Assembly: GCF_006345805.1 (NCBI RefSeq)
Contig: NC_043017.1
Coordinates: forward strand, 15,252,001 to 15,316,000
DNA length: 64,000 bases
Reading direction: 5' to 3'
Source: Octopus sinensis
Lineage: Eukaryota
Shown piece after piece: positions 27,469 through 46,297 of the stretch (positions are counted from its first letter, which is position 1; the number at the start of each line of letters is the position of its first letter). Made by a program: the position numbers and the translations under genes. The notes under the pieces are model-generated. The model had not been told where the DNA came from. It ran no database searches and worked only from the letters and a program-made list of their open reading frames with translations.

Positions 27469-28564
27469 GTACATTAGCACCAGTTTCAGATATTTTCTCT
27501 GTTTCCAGGAACAATACGATGCATTTACTGTGTCATGCAAAGATCTGTGCTCCATGTACAATGCTATTTAGGGGTGTAAATAAAGACTTTGACCTATAAG
27601 AGAGTGTAGGGTTTCCGATAAAGTAATTAGATTTGACTTTGGTAGATATTTTTATTTTAACATGAGAAGTACGAAGAAAACTATTTTCTGTTGATTTTGT
27701 TAATGTGCTGAAGCATTGAACACGCGTCTTCATGGTTATAGCAAGAACTTGCTAATCGCGCAGTTACATTTGTGTGTTAATAATGAAAAAATTCTAATGA
27801 GAGAGATTAAAATTGATAGATGTGCAGCGAAGCGAAGTATTAATGTCTTAAACATTTGTTGTGCAATATAATACTTTATTCAACTTGGTTTTTCATCCGA
27901 TTTCCGATTAAAAACTAGACGTGGCGGCAAAAAAGAAAAAAATAACATTTTGTTCTTGATTTGCAGAAAATAAATTATATTTTGATATATTTTCTTCTCT
28001 ATTATTCTTAGCTTTCGAAAGATTTGGAATATAACATTGTTGAGGTTTCTTTTTGCACCTGGGGATGTTTACATCGTTGAAGTGTTGTTTGGTGTGGGTG
28101 GAAACAACGTAGCCAAGGCCCGTCAGCAACCGCCAGTGAATGGTTTTACGTATTTATTATAAGCCACAGACCCATCTCTACAGAGCGGCCACATCATAGA
28201 TTTGTCTCACTCTTCTCGTCAGCTATACTTCGTTCACACACCAAGATCGACATAACGTGTTCCTTCAATACATACATCGATACAAACGCACGTATTCATG
28301 CACGCACACACATACACACACACTCACACACACACACACACACAACACACACACACACACACACACAACACACACACACACACACAATACACAGACAAGC
28401 AAATTACACTTTTACAAGTAGTGTCCGACGAAATTCGACTTCATTGAAACTCCTTTTCTTTCAGAAATATGGATATGTACTCTAAAAAAAGTACTGAGTA
28501 ATCTTTGAGTTTCAAATCAAATTGTCTTTATTATATCTCATCATAAAAAGAAACGTAAATAGAT

Positions 28565-28620
<56 letters not shown>

Positions 28621-28720
28621 NNNNNNNNNNNNNNNNNNNNNNNNNNNNNNNNNNNNNNNNNNNNNNNNNNNNNNNNNNNNNNNNNNNNNNNNNNNNNNNN
28701 NNNNNNNNNNNNNNNNNNNN
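28621..28720. other. Assembly gap (100 N) after a (GATA)n tract
   Basis: Run of n. Confidence 1.
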
Positions 28721-28744
28721 CGCACACATACATATATATCTATA

Positions 28745-28845
28745 CACGACAGCCTGCTTTCAGTTTCCGTCTATCGAATCCACTCAAGGTGCTACGTGTT
28801 GCGACGGATTGAACCCAGAACCATGTGGTTGGGAATCAGGCAAAC
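28745..28845 (-). mobile_element. Internally deleted SINE fragment (family of 7965-8412)
   Basis: CTTTCAGTTTCCGTCTATCGAATCCACTCAAGGTGC...GAACCCAGAACCATGTGGTTGGG. Confidence 0.7.
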
Positions 28846-29318
28846 AATAAAATATCGATGTACAGTTGACTAAATATATTTTGATGTATTTGCGATTATT
28901 GTTGTTTATATATTGTCGGGTTGCTTCTCGTTTATTCATCTGACCTTGCGGAAACATGAAAGTTAGTTTTAGGAGTGAAAAAGATGGAGGCCCTCATTAA
29001 GTAGACGCAACTTAGGCCTTAATTACTCTTAATACGCCTGCAAGTAAAGTTCATTAAACCGTATGTGTGAGTGTTGTGTGTAAGTTTGTTTGTGAAGAGG
29101 GGAGGGGCGGTTTCATGTTATTGTCTTCGAGCAATTTTAAGGACAACAGAAAATTAACTGATTGGGAACCCGCCAGTAACTTCGAAGTTAGCCATGGCTT
29201 GGCAGTCTAACGCGGACAAATTCAAAGCTTCAAACAAATCGTACATACGTTTATGCCGCATATATGTATAAATACACACACACACACTTATGTATACACA
29301 TACATACATACACCACAC

Positions 29319-29349
<31 letters not shown>

Positions 29350-30008
29350 ATTATATATATTAATACGTATATACATTATATATATATATATATATATGTT
29401 TGTATACATATATATATATGTATGTGTGCATATATAAAAATATATGTATATTTATACACGTATACATGTATGGGTATATGCATAATATTATATATATGTG
29501 TGTGTGTGTGTGTTTCTGATATGTATGTATGTATGAATGTATAAGTGTGTACATATATATATTATATAATATATATATATTATATATAATATAAATATAT
29601 GTATATAATACATATATATTACATATATATATATATATGAACACACAGACATATATGTTTGTGTGCGCGTGCGTGATTGGTTGGTATCAGCCAGTAGTAA
29701 GATAGTGATTATGGTGCACAGAATAGACTCTACCTAAGTAATGCAACTGTATATTGCCAGAGAATGTCTTGGAGAAAAAAAAAGGAAAATGTAGAAAAAA
29801 AAACTAAAAAAAATCAATAAATGATAAGAAAGAAAATAAAATTTTATGGAATCCGAATTTATTTAAAGTCTTCTTTTATTGTTCGTTTGGCAAACTATGG
29901 CAATTACTTTAGTTTAAAGACATCTCCTCTGCGGGTCTGTGCAGTGGGGTGATGCGTCGGCGACTGACCCCTTGCATCTGTGTATTTGTGTGCGCGGGTG
30001 TGTGTGTG

Positions 30009-30080
<72 letters not shown>

Positions 30081-30325
30081 GGACCGACCGTGCGTAGTGT
30101 ATGACTTTACAGTGTGTGTGCGCGCGCGTATTTTTGTGTGAGTATAAATACGTACGTGTATTCTGAGGTTGCATTTGCATGTATGCGCATGCGTATACTT
30201 CTGTGCACATTCGTATATATATATATATATATATATATATACAAAGATATCCACATAAATAAACATATATATATATATAATACATATTTAAATATTACGT
30301 ACATATATATTACATATATGTGTTC

Positions 30326-30384
<59 letters not shown>

Positions 30385-30452
30385 CAGCCCACCACATGGT
30401 GTAAATCTCTTCAACGAAGTTCTTTTTTTACTGTACATATATATGTACATAT

Positions 30453-30491
<39 letters not shown>

Positions 30492-30495
30492 ATGT

Positions 30496-31397
30496 AAAAA
30501 ATACAAACTGGGACAAGAACGCAAGACATTTAGAAGACGATACAAAAAATACGGACGGGACATTCGAAGCCTTCAATCTTCAGTCAAGAACCGGATTATC
30601 CTCGCAATTCGGCTGATTAAATTTGAGATTGCTCCGACCTGGCCAGCCTCAAAGGAAAATCTAAGCCAAGCGCATTAGATTCCTTGGAAGAAGACAGCTC
30701 GAATGTATACAAAAACAAGACGGAACGAATAAGAATACAAAAATACGTAAAAACAATAATGATAATAATAATAACAAAAACAGGACGTCACAGACAGACG
30801 TCTTTTCAACAGGACGAGTGAACTTTGAGCTGGCGCATTAGAAAAATGCCTTGGGGCAAAGAGAGACAAAATTTGTGTCTTGCCGCGACGGCTGCTGACC
30901 ACGAAAAGGCCGTCAATCGCTCGGTTAGTCACGTGTGAGGAGAAGAGAGAGGAAAAGAGGGACAGATGAAGTGAGAAAAAATGGGAACAAGGAACAAAGG
31001 AGGAGGAGAAGAGAGAGAGACAGAGAGAGAGAGAGGGACAGACAGACAGATCAAAGTGGAGTGCAAAGTGTGAAAGGCAGAGAAATGTAGGAGAGGGGGG
31101 AGAGACAGTGTTATAGAGTCGTACCAAGTTTAAAGAAATATGTACTTACATATAAGACCAACAAGGGTACGGGCGCCGCTATATCTATATGTATATCTAA
31201 AAAAATACAAACTGGGACAAGAACGCAAAACATTTAGAAGACGATACAAAAAACACTGACAGGACATTCGAAGCCTTCAATCTTCAGTCAAGAACTGGAT
31301 CATCCTCGCAATTTCGGCTGATTAATCTTGAGATTGCTCCGACCTGGCCAGTCCCAAAGGAAAATTTAAGCCAAGCGCATTAGATTCCTTGGAAGAA
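30496..31397. repeat. Two ~197 bp direct repeats (30496-30692, 31201-31397) of an interspersed repeat family
   Basis: AAAATACAAACTGGGACAAGAACGC...TTAGATTCCTTGGAAGAA occurs twice, ~90% identical by eye. Confidence 0.85.
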
Positions 31398-31675
31398 AGC
31401 CTTATATATATATATAAGCTACAGGAATATATACATCAATATGCAGGCAATAATATATATATATATATATATACTTTTGATATATATTTAAAATATTATA
31501 AATTAATTAATTTAATGTATTGGCTTAAGTTTTTGAGTGTTTGATTTGCCTAATAGTGGTTTTATCTCTAATTTAATATAATATAATATAATATATTTTA
31601 CTATAAAATTGGATTCAATCCTAAATCTGATTTTTCCCTGCAAGTTTGGATTTATTCCTAATATTTTATTTAATT

Positions 31676-31706
<31 letters not shown>

Positions 31707-31753
31707 ATATATATATATATATAAAATAATATATATATACCACACATATATAT

Positions 31754-31786
<33 letters not shown>

Positions 31787-32026
31787 GTTTGTATAGGTGT
31801 CCTTATGTATCTGTAGTTTCTCTTTGTACTCTATGCCTATGTCTTTCAATATATCAGTGTGTGTGTGTGTTGGTGCACATTGTTTCTTGTGTCTATTTCT
31901 TTTATTTATCTTCCCTCTACGCCGATTCGCTCATAAAATATATAAATGACTACGATTTCACTTTCAATTTCCTATACATACATACACACACACACCTACA
32001 CACACACACACACACACATATATTAT

Positions 32027-32074
<48 letters not shown>

Positions 32075-32444
32075 CCTGCATATTGATGTATATATTCCTG
32101 TAGCTGTATGAATTTGTATATTTCTGTTCCTGTCTCTTCCTAAATCATTGTTGTTGTTGTTTTTGTATTTATTAAGATGCTTGCTGAATAATGACAATGT
32201 CTGCTGAAATACAACCACTTCCGCCGCCACTACCACCACCACCTCACCATCATGGAAATCAAGAAGAAGAAGTCGAGATGACGGCGACGGTAATGATGAA
32301 CACGATCAGGATGATGATGATGACGACGGCGACGATTATGATGATGATGATGATGATGACGACGATGATGATGATAATGATGATGGCGATGATGATGACG
32401 ATGACGTCAATAGCAGAGGCAGAGGAAGAGAAGGTGAAGACTAA

Positions 32445-32592
32445 TTACCAACAAAAGAACTACGTTCTGAACAAGGTATCGGTGACAACAGGTGAAAATG
32501 TCGGTCTTAAAGAATTTGAGAAATTCTTCCAATATAAAGATCTCGAAATAGAGATAACCAGAGTGTGAAGACTGCAAATAGAAAGCATGCCT
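32445..32592 (+). pseudogene. Short R4/Dong restriction-like endonuclease remnant amid (GAT)n
   Basis: VSVTTGENVGLKEFEKFFQYKDLEIEITRV parallels MSIPCDHNISAKEFDKLRKYKDLLIEIEKMW of the 56-60 kb element. Confidence 0.55.
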
Positions 32593-32622
32593 AAAATAAC
32601 AACAACAACAGCAGCACTAACA

Positions 32623-32660
<38 letters not shown>

Positions 32661-33828
32661 AAGAGGTGTCTTGTGATTCATTAACAATACGTGCAGACAA
32701 ATGGATAACCCCAGGAAATGCAGATATACACAATAAACAGGACATGACGGCAGGAGTCGCTGCATATGTATATGTGTATGTACATATATATATTGTGTAA
32801 GTATGTGCATACATATATATGTGTGTGTGCGTGTATGTATGCATATATGTATATACATATATATACATACATATACACGCACACATAAATATTTATGAAT
32901 TAAAAAAGCTAACAATAGTTTTTGATGACAGGGAGAGATTTTATAATTTGCATCCCTACCACATGGGAACGTTGGTACTCGTTACCATTTTCGATACGAA
33001 TACACGAGGTTACACAAGTTACATCGTGTATTTTCGTCCAGAATGGAAGAAGTGCATTTGAAAATTGCCGAGAACGCTTTCTGCGCGAAGCCATTGGTAG
33101 CCTCGTTAACCCACAAACAAAGAATATATATCCACCAATGTTGTGTTGAGCGCTCATTCTGACTATTCGATATTAGTATGTGTGTGTGTGTGTGAATGTG
33201 TGTGTGCGTGCGTGTGTGTGCGTGCGTGTGTGTGCGTGTGTATGTGTGTGTAGGCCCGCTGGTGGGAAGGGCATAATCTTTTCACGAACTGGACGTAAAA
33301 ATACAGACTTTGACAGTGGTTGTTATGTAAAGGAACTATGGAACCAAATTATTCGAAGCAAAAATCTCTTCTGGGAGAGACGGTTTTTTCTCCCTTCATA
33401 TCTTGTATACACACACACACATATATATATGTATGTATATATACACTACCGTCAGAAATTAATTAGCACCCTTGATTGCTCTTCACTCAAGGTATGTGAT
33501 GTCACCTAGTGGCCATATCTCGAACTATTGCTTTGTTGCGAGTTCACTGTTGCGCAGAACGATGACGTAACTTTGCTTGCAGAACAGTTTGAGAGTCTAC
33601 AGCCTTATGATGTTGACATAGCAGTGCAACAACTTGGAGTGCGGATGCAGACAAATCTTCCTTTGTTTAATAGATATAGGTAGCGCCTCGCAAGGACCGA
33701 AATCACACCATACTAAGTTTTCTCATCGCGTAAGACGTTTTGAACAGCTCATAGGTTAATTGATTTAACCTATTTAATGTAGAAATTTGAGAAGTGCTAA
33801 TTAATTTCTGACGCAAGTGTATATATAT

Positions 33829-34124
33829 GGAGGCGCAATGGCCTAGTGGTTAGGGCAGCGGACTCGCGGTCGTAGGATCGCGGTTTCGATTCCCAGACCG
33901 GGCGTTGTGTGTTTATTGAGCGAAAACACCTAAAAGTTCCACGAGGCTCCGGCAGGGGGTGGTGATCCCTGCTGTACTCCTTCACCCCTCTTTCTCTCAC
34001 TCTTTCTTCTGTTGGCCTGCTCGCTTAGCCAGCGGGGTGGCGTCATTCGAAGGCTAAAACAATGCGAAGCGCATTGTGACCAGCGATGTGTAACAACATC
34101 TGATGGTCTGGTCGGTCACGTGAT

Positions 34125-34131
<7 letters not shown>
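33829..34131 (+). mobile_element. Well-preserved tRNA-derived SINE inserted in (TA)n
   Basis: A box TGGCCTAGTGG, B box GGTTTCGATTCC, non-tRNA body, end GGTCACGTGATCACGTGA followed by (TA)n. Confidence 0.9.
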
Positions 34132-34200
<69 letters not shown>

Positions 34201-34204
34201 TACA

Positions 34205-35160
34205 GACACTACCCAGCTTAATTCATAGAGGATGGGATCAGACGTGCAACAGAAATCGACATAGAAACTTTGAGAAAAGTTCAACACAACAACATACCTT
34301 CCCCGAAAATACTACCTTACATATCCACATACAACCCCACAAACAAAGAAGCCTTCACCATCATCACCCAGAATTTACCAATACTTCATAAAAAAACCCA
34401 AATTAAAGGAAATTCTAAACATACATAAAATCATTAAAAGTTACAAACAACCTAAATCACTTAAAAAGATTCTCACAAAGGCAAAATTGTTTTCTGAAAT
34501 TACGGATGCAAAAGTAAAAAAATGTGGTAGGCCAAACTGTGCAACATGCCCAAACCTTCTAGAAGGATCAGAATTCCTCTTCAAAGAGGGACAAAAATTC
34601 AAGATCAAATCTAATTTTACTTGTGCCTCTGAAAACATAAATTATGTCATAAGATGTTCGGGCTGCCACCAAAACTACGTGGGGTCCACGGGACTATCAC
34701 TCAGACGTAGATGCACACTGCATCGACAACAGATTGCATTCCCAGAATACAGAATGATACCCTTTAGTGAGCATATTGAGAAATGCGCAAAGCAACTACT
34801 ACCACAATTTTTAATCTTTCCATTTTATCAATGTGCTATTGGAACACCAACACAAATTAGACTAAACAAGGAAACATTCTTCATTGAAAAATATAAGCCC
34901 AAACTTAACCACTCTAACATTCTTATACAGAGAAACTCACCCCATTAAGTAAAAAAAGGCAAGAAATATAAAGCGATTATCTCCCTTATACCGGAAGAAA
35001 TCACTTATTACCTCCCCTTACCTGGAACTCTTCTTTACACTTCATAACGAAGTCATAACGCAATGTTTTGAGAAATTTGAAAAGTTAACACGAAACCGGT
35101 AATTTCTTCAAAAACTATGTCACTGTATGAAAAAAATTTATAACATTCTTCTGACATAAT
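34205..35160 (+). mobile_element. Penelope-like element 3' fragment: linker, GIY-YIG endonuclease and 3' UTR with a decayed minimal hammerhead
   Basis: Linker ILPYISTYNP...SYKQPKSLKKIL; GIY-YIG ORF; hammerhead-like motif at 35066-35113. Confidence 0.85.
34487..34948 (+). pseudogene. Penelope-type GIY-YIG endonuclease domain (intact reading frame, RT missing)
   Basis: CGRPNCATC, NINYVIRCSGCHQNYVGSTGLSLRRRCTLH, HIEKC, RLNKETFFIEKYKPKLN fit the PLE GIY-YIG pattern. Confidence 0.85.
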
Positions 35161-35257
35161 GACTCAAATATATATTTTTTAACCTTTTAAAACAAGCCTT
35201 CTGTAGTTTTATCACTTCTTACTATTTCCTATATATATATATATTATATATATATAT

Positions 35258-35317
<60 letters not shown>

Positions 35318-35694
35318 CGTAGCTTAATGCTAAAACTGGAGAAAATTCAAATGAAAAACAAAAGACACCGCATGAATTTAAGGTGCATAGAGTTGCCCCC
35401 ATTTGTGAAGGTAGTAGAGGACGCCATTTTGGTGAATGTAATTATAAATATGAAATAGATATCAGTTAAGTTTTGTCGATACGATAAACATTAAGAGACA
35501 ATTGGGATATTTAAGTTTTTAATGGTTACCGAACTAAGAACAGTGATGTGTCTGCTTAATGGTACAGTCAACCAATACTATCAATACTACTACTATTACT
35601 ACTACTATTATTACTGCTACTACTGCTGCTGCTGCTGTTGCTGCAACTACCACTACTACAATAGTGGCACAGACACAAAAACAGCAATAGTAAT

Positions 35695-35760
<66 letters not shown>

Positions 35761-35768
35761 GAGAGAGA

Positions 35769-41168
<5,400 letters not shown>

Positions 41169-41174
41169 TAGATG

Positions 41175-41239
<65 letters not shown>

Positions 41240-41807
41240 GTAGGTAGGTAGGTAGGTAGGTAGGTAGGTAGGTAGGTAGGTAGGTAGGTAGGCAGGCAGG
41301 TAGGTGGGTAGGTAGATAGATAGATAGATAGATATTCAAACACATTATTATTTATGTATTTATGTATGCATGTATATATGTATGCATGCATGCATGCATG
41401 TATGTATGTATGTATGTATGTATGTATGTATGTATGTATGTATGCATGCATGTATGTATGAATGCATGCATGTATGTATGTATGTATGTGTATGTATGTA
41501 TGTATGTATGTATGTATGTATGTATGTATGAATGTATATATGTATGCATGCATGCATGCATGTATGTATGTATGTATGTATGTATGTATGTATGCATGCA
41601 TGTATGTATGAATGCATGCATGTATGTATGTATGTATGTATGTATGTATGTATGTATGCATGCATGTATGTATGAATGTATGTATGTATGTATGCATGCA
41701 TGTATGTATGTATGTATGTATGTATGTATGTATGTATGTATGCATGCATGTATGTATGAATGTATGTATGTATGTATGTATGTATGTATGTATGTATGTA
41801 TGTATGT
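41169..41807. repeat. (GATA)n/(GGTA)n then (TATG)n microsatellites
   Basis: Directly visible. Confidence 0.95.
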
Positions 41808-42164
41808 AGAAAGCGAGCTTGTATTAAATTTAAGCTATAAATATTTTGTGGGTATTAATTATCAAATATGGCTGACCTTAATGACGGAACATCGTCATAA
41901 AATAAACGAATATATTAACAACAGTGTCATCATCAAAAATAACAACAACAACAACGACAACGACAACAAAAACAACAACAATAAAATAGATATTTGCAAT
42001 CAATAAAAGAAACATATTAAAAATGCTGTTAGAAACAATAATTTGCATAAAATAGAGAAAACATCAAGTCAAAAGGAAATGGGTGAAGACAAAATTAATT
42101 TACACCGTAAATTTAGTGCGTAAATTTATACAAATAAATTACACAATGGTATTATATCGTGAGT

Positions 42165-42363
42165 AGCGAAATGCTTAGCGGTATTTCGTCTGTCGCTACG
42201 TTGTGAGTTCAAATTCCATCGAGGTCGACTTTGCCTTTCATCCTTTCGGGGTCGATAAATTAAGTACCAGTTACGCACTGGTATCGATGTTATTGACTTA
42301 ATACCTATGTCTGTCCTTGTTTGTTCCCTCTGTGTTTAGCCCCTTGTGGGTAATAAAGAAATA
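42165..42363 (+). mobile_element. SINE (second family) with a 17 bp target-site duplication
   Basis: GCGAAATGCTTAGCGGTATTTCG...GAGTTCAAATTCC...GGGTAATAAAGAAATA; TSD GGT(A/G)TTATATCGTGAGT at 42148-42164 and 42364-42380. Confidence 0.88.
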
Positions 42364-43964
42364 GGTGTTATATCGTGAGTTTACACAGTGAAATATCAAC
42401 AGTAAATTGTGTAAATTTATACATGTGAGAGTAAATTCAATTTTTAATAAAATGAGTGAAACTTTACAAAAATCTGAGGAAATAAAAAGACAATGGTAAA
42501 TGTAGGAAATGGTTTTAAGGCAACGTCTTTCCACATTTGACCACCACCAGTTTCATTTCCACATACTGTCCTTCGGTTGTAAATATAATACTGTCGTGTG
42601 CAACTTCTGAGTGGTATTTAGCTACTCTTTCCAGCATCCATATGACTCTTCATTACCTTTCGTTTCTAACTTTGGTGCGTATATCTTTGTCGGTTGCAAT
42701 TGAACAGAAATATGATCAGAGTTGTTCCAACCTCGTCTCTTTCCTGTGTAGAAGGCACCTGAGGTCCTAGTATCTAGCGTGCTTTTCTATTTAGAGGTCT
42801 GAGTATTATTTGAGGGCATGTGGCTGGTATTTCTAGTACTTTCGAGCGATCACATTGTGGTTCCCCTGCTGGCTGATTATAAAGTTATTTCTGTTAGTAG
42901 TAAGTTATTCAAGACCTCCAGATTCGAATCCTTGTCCAGCTTTCCATTCCGTATGAAATCCTTGTCATGCTTAACTTCTTGGCAACGGTTCTTCACAACT
43001 TACCATTTCTTTTCTTTCATTAATTTCTAATGAAGTAAATTGTCAAATGAAATAAAACTATTATTTTAAGCAGAAGTTAAGGAATCAAAACGATCCTCTG
43101 TCGCTTACGATGGTTCCAGTTGTTTGAACAACTGAAGTGTTTATTCAATGTATTATCGTGTAACTGGCTGAGTATACCACAGATTTATGCACTACCCTTA
43201 TCGTAGTTGCGAGATAGAACGAGTGTTACATGTATGTGACAAAAATGTTTCTTTAAATTACAGACAGAAACCATCCGTCTATTCCAAGAATACGAAACTG
43301 ATTATTCCTTATACACCTGTACACTTAATGTAAGCGACAAGTAGAGCCAGTGACACAGTGTGAGACAAGGCTTACCCCCTTGAATTACTGGTACATATAC
43401 ATTCCCTCCATCGGACGAAGTCCAATACAGTTTCTGCCAAAACTCAAAAGTAAATTGCATTTGTTTCAAATCCCGGATAACAGAATCGAACCTGGTAACT
43501 CACGAATACGAAGCAAACCGCTTAACTATTTTGGCTATGCCTGCCTCCACAACATGGAAGCTTGGTTGCAACATGAGCTGTTTCGTCGGCCATCATACAC
43601 TGACAACGTTTATAAATTAATTTTTCACTGTAGTCAAAGCATCACGTCACCAAGTACTAAGAGCTTTGCTAATTATTCCTATGTATGAAAATAAGTTTTA
43701 ATTGAATCTCTATGCAAATAAGTTTACCTGCGTCTATTTCTAAATTAGTTCACCCACATTTAAATAGAATTGACTATGTTTACATTACTATGTAAATTAA
43801 TTTATTTTATTTATGTTATTTTATTCGCGCATACATTGGTTTCCATAATCATTATGTATGCATGGAGACATTTGTTTAGCAATAAGTAAGTTGATTTATT
43901 GAATGAATAAATACGAGCGAACGAAACTGTGAGGAGAAGGAAAAAACATTTTTGTATCTATCTG

Positions 43965-44442
43965 TATGTGTGTGTGTGTGTGTATGCATGCATGTATGTA
44001 TGTATGTATGTATGTATGTATGTATGTATGTATGTATGTATGTATGTATGTATGTATGTATGTATGTGTGTGTGTGTGTATGCATGCATGTATGTATGTA
44101 TGTATGTATGTATGTATGTATGTATGTATGTATGCATGTATGTATGTATGTATGTATGTATGTATGAATGTATGTATGTATGTATGAATGTATGTATGTA
44201 TGTATGCATGCATGCATGTATGTATGTATGTATGTATGAATGTATGTATGTATGTATGTATGAATGTATGTATGTATGTATGCATGTATGTATGTATGTA
44301 TGTATGTATGTATGTATGTATGTATGTATGTATGTATGTATGTATGTATGTATGTATGTATGTATGAATGTATGTATGTATGTATGTATGTATGTATGTA
44401 TGTATGCATGCATGCATGCATGCATGTATGTATGTATGTATG

Positions 44443-44474
<32 letters not shown>

Positions 44475-44865
44475 TGTATGTATGTATGTATGTATGTATG
44501 TATGTATGTATGAATGTATGTATGTATGTATGAATGTATGTATGTATGCATGCATGATGCATGTATGTATGTATGTTATGTATGTATGTATGTATGTTGT
44601 ATGTATGTATGAATGTATGTATGTATGTATGCATGTATGTATGTATGTATGTATGTATGTATGATGTATGTATGTATGTATGCATGTATGTATGTATGTA
44701 TGTATGTATGTATGAATGTATGTATGTATGTATGTATGAACGTATGTATGTATGTATGCATGCATGCATGCATGCATGTATGTATGTATGAATGTATGTA
44801 TGTATGTATGCATGCATGCATGCATGTATGTATGTATGTATGTATGTATGTATGTATGTATGTAT
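43965..44865. repeat. ~900 bp (TATG)n microsatellite with TGCA/TGAA variants
   Basis: Directly visible; produces many spurious ORFs. Confidence 0.97.
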
Positions 44866-45154
44866 ATCATTATTCAGTTTTATTACAAGATTTCTTGTCA
44901 ATAGAGAAAGAGTCAATTCCTAACCCACACCCAAGGCTCTTTCATTGGAATTTCGACAACAGGGTATTTTTCGCGCGCGCGAAAAATCACAACGTCAAGT
45001 CTATTGTGTTTATATTGTGGTTTTCACTGGGATATTCCCCTAGTGTTCCTTTTTATGAGTGGTTTTAACCTCTACTATACGGAAGATTCTTAGGTATGTA
45101 TGTATGTATGTATGTATGTATGCATGTATGTATGTATGTATATGAAGGGTGCGT

Positions 45155-45300
45155 CGGACAAAAATGCTGAACAGCATTTCTTCTGGCTCTTTACTTCCTG
45201 AGTTCAAGTCCCATCGAGGTCAACCTTGCCTTTCATCCTTTCAAGGTCAACAAAATCAAATACCAGCCAAGTACTGAAATTGATGTAATCGATTTGCCTC
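45155..45300 (+). mobile_element. Degenerate SINE (family of 42165-42363)
   Basis: GAGTTCAAGTCCCATCGAGGTCAACCTTGCCTTTCATCCTTTC...AAGTACTG. Confidence 0.7.
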
Positions 45301-45428
45301 CGAGATTAGTGACCGGGAACTTTGCATCACACCGGTGTTTCATTAAGAGGGAACGTGGCCATGTCAGTCATTCATACGCCATAGAAAGCGGACAACCGAC
45401 TTTGTAAACCTTGGAGCTCAAGAAAACG

Positions 45429-45497
<69 letters not shown>

Positions 45498-46207
45498 TGA
45501 TTGATTGATTGATTGATATAGCATTAGTCAAATTGATACAAACGGCTCTGATAAGAATCCAACAAAGCTCGAGAATCGATTATGACTGTTCATCGTGTCC
45601 TTCCATTTCCAAAGAGATTGTGAAATCTGCCCAGTTTCTATAATCTCCTGCATTGGTTACATTCATATCAAGCCTCGATACTCTCTGCACTGGGATCCCC
45701 GTTCACAGCCTCTCATATAAAGTAAGCACACGCCTCCAGTTTTCCGTAACTGCTGCATTTGTTGAGTATATAAACAGATTGACTACTTATTTCTCGGGTA
45801 TTACATAACAACTACATACATACATACATACATACATACATACATACATACATACATACATACATACATACATACACACACACATACACACACACACATA
45901 TTCATTTTTATTATTAACTGCGGTTCTGCTCTCGGTGAACACAGAATTTATCGTTCACCCTTTCACGCATAGCTGTGAATCCAGAGAACCGACACTGGTT
46001 TCTATACCGTTAAAAACATCTGATGGAAAATTACCCCTGGATTCGGCGCTAGTGTATAGGAAATTGATTTTCCAATTTCTTATCACCTTATTGTTAGATA
46101 AAGTGACAAAAATGTCAGGCTAAGCTTGAAACTAATGCAACGGAATGATATATAGGCACAGTTATGTTACATAACAGCGTTACGCATGTATGTTTTGTGT
46201 TTGTGTT

Positions 46208-46297
<90 letters not shown>

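Noticed and set aside
28010-28160. Protein-like stretch FAPGDVYIVEVLFGVGGNNVAKARQQPPVNG after a pyrimidine-rich AG
   Set aside because: No recognisable family, no convincing donor and an in-frame stop follows; cannot be supported without RNA-seq or homology.
30551-30590. Minus-strand CTGAAGA...CGAATGTC in both 197 bp direct repeats as a hammerhead
   Set aside because: GAAA is GAAT in both copies and no helix I can be formed around the core.
33829-33905. tRNA-like sequence
   Set aside because: Has A and B boxes but no proper acceptor stem, and continues into a SINE body and tail; it is a SINE head, not a tRNA gene.
43876-44916. Long ORFs (up to 346 aa) of HTYI/MYVC/IYIY/poly-I/poly-Y repeats here and throughout the window
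   Set aside because: They are translations of (TATG)n, (TA)n, (AAT)n and (GATA)n microsatellites; no coding signal.
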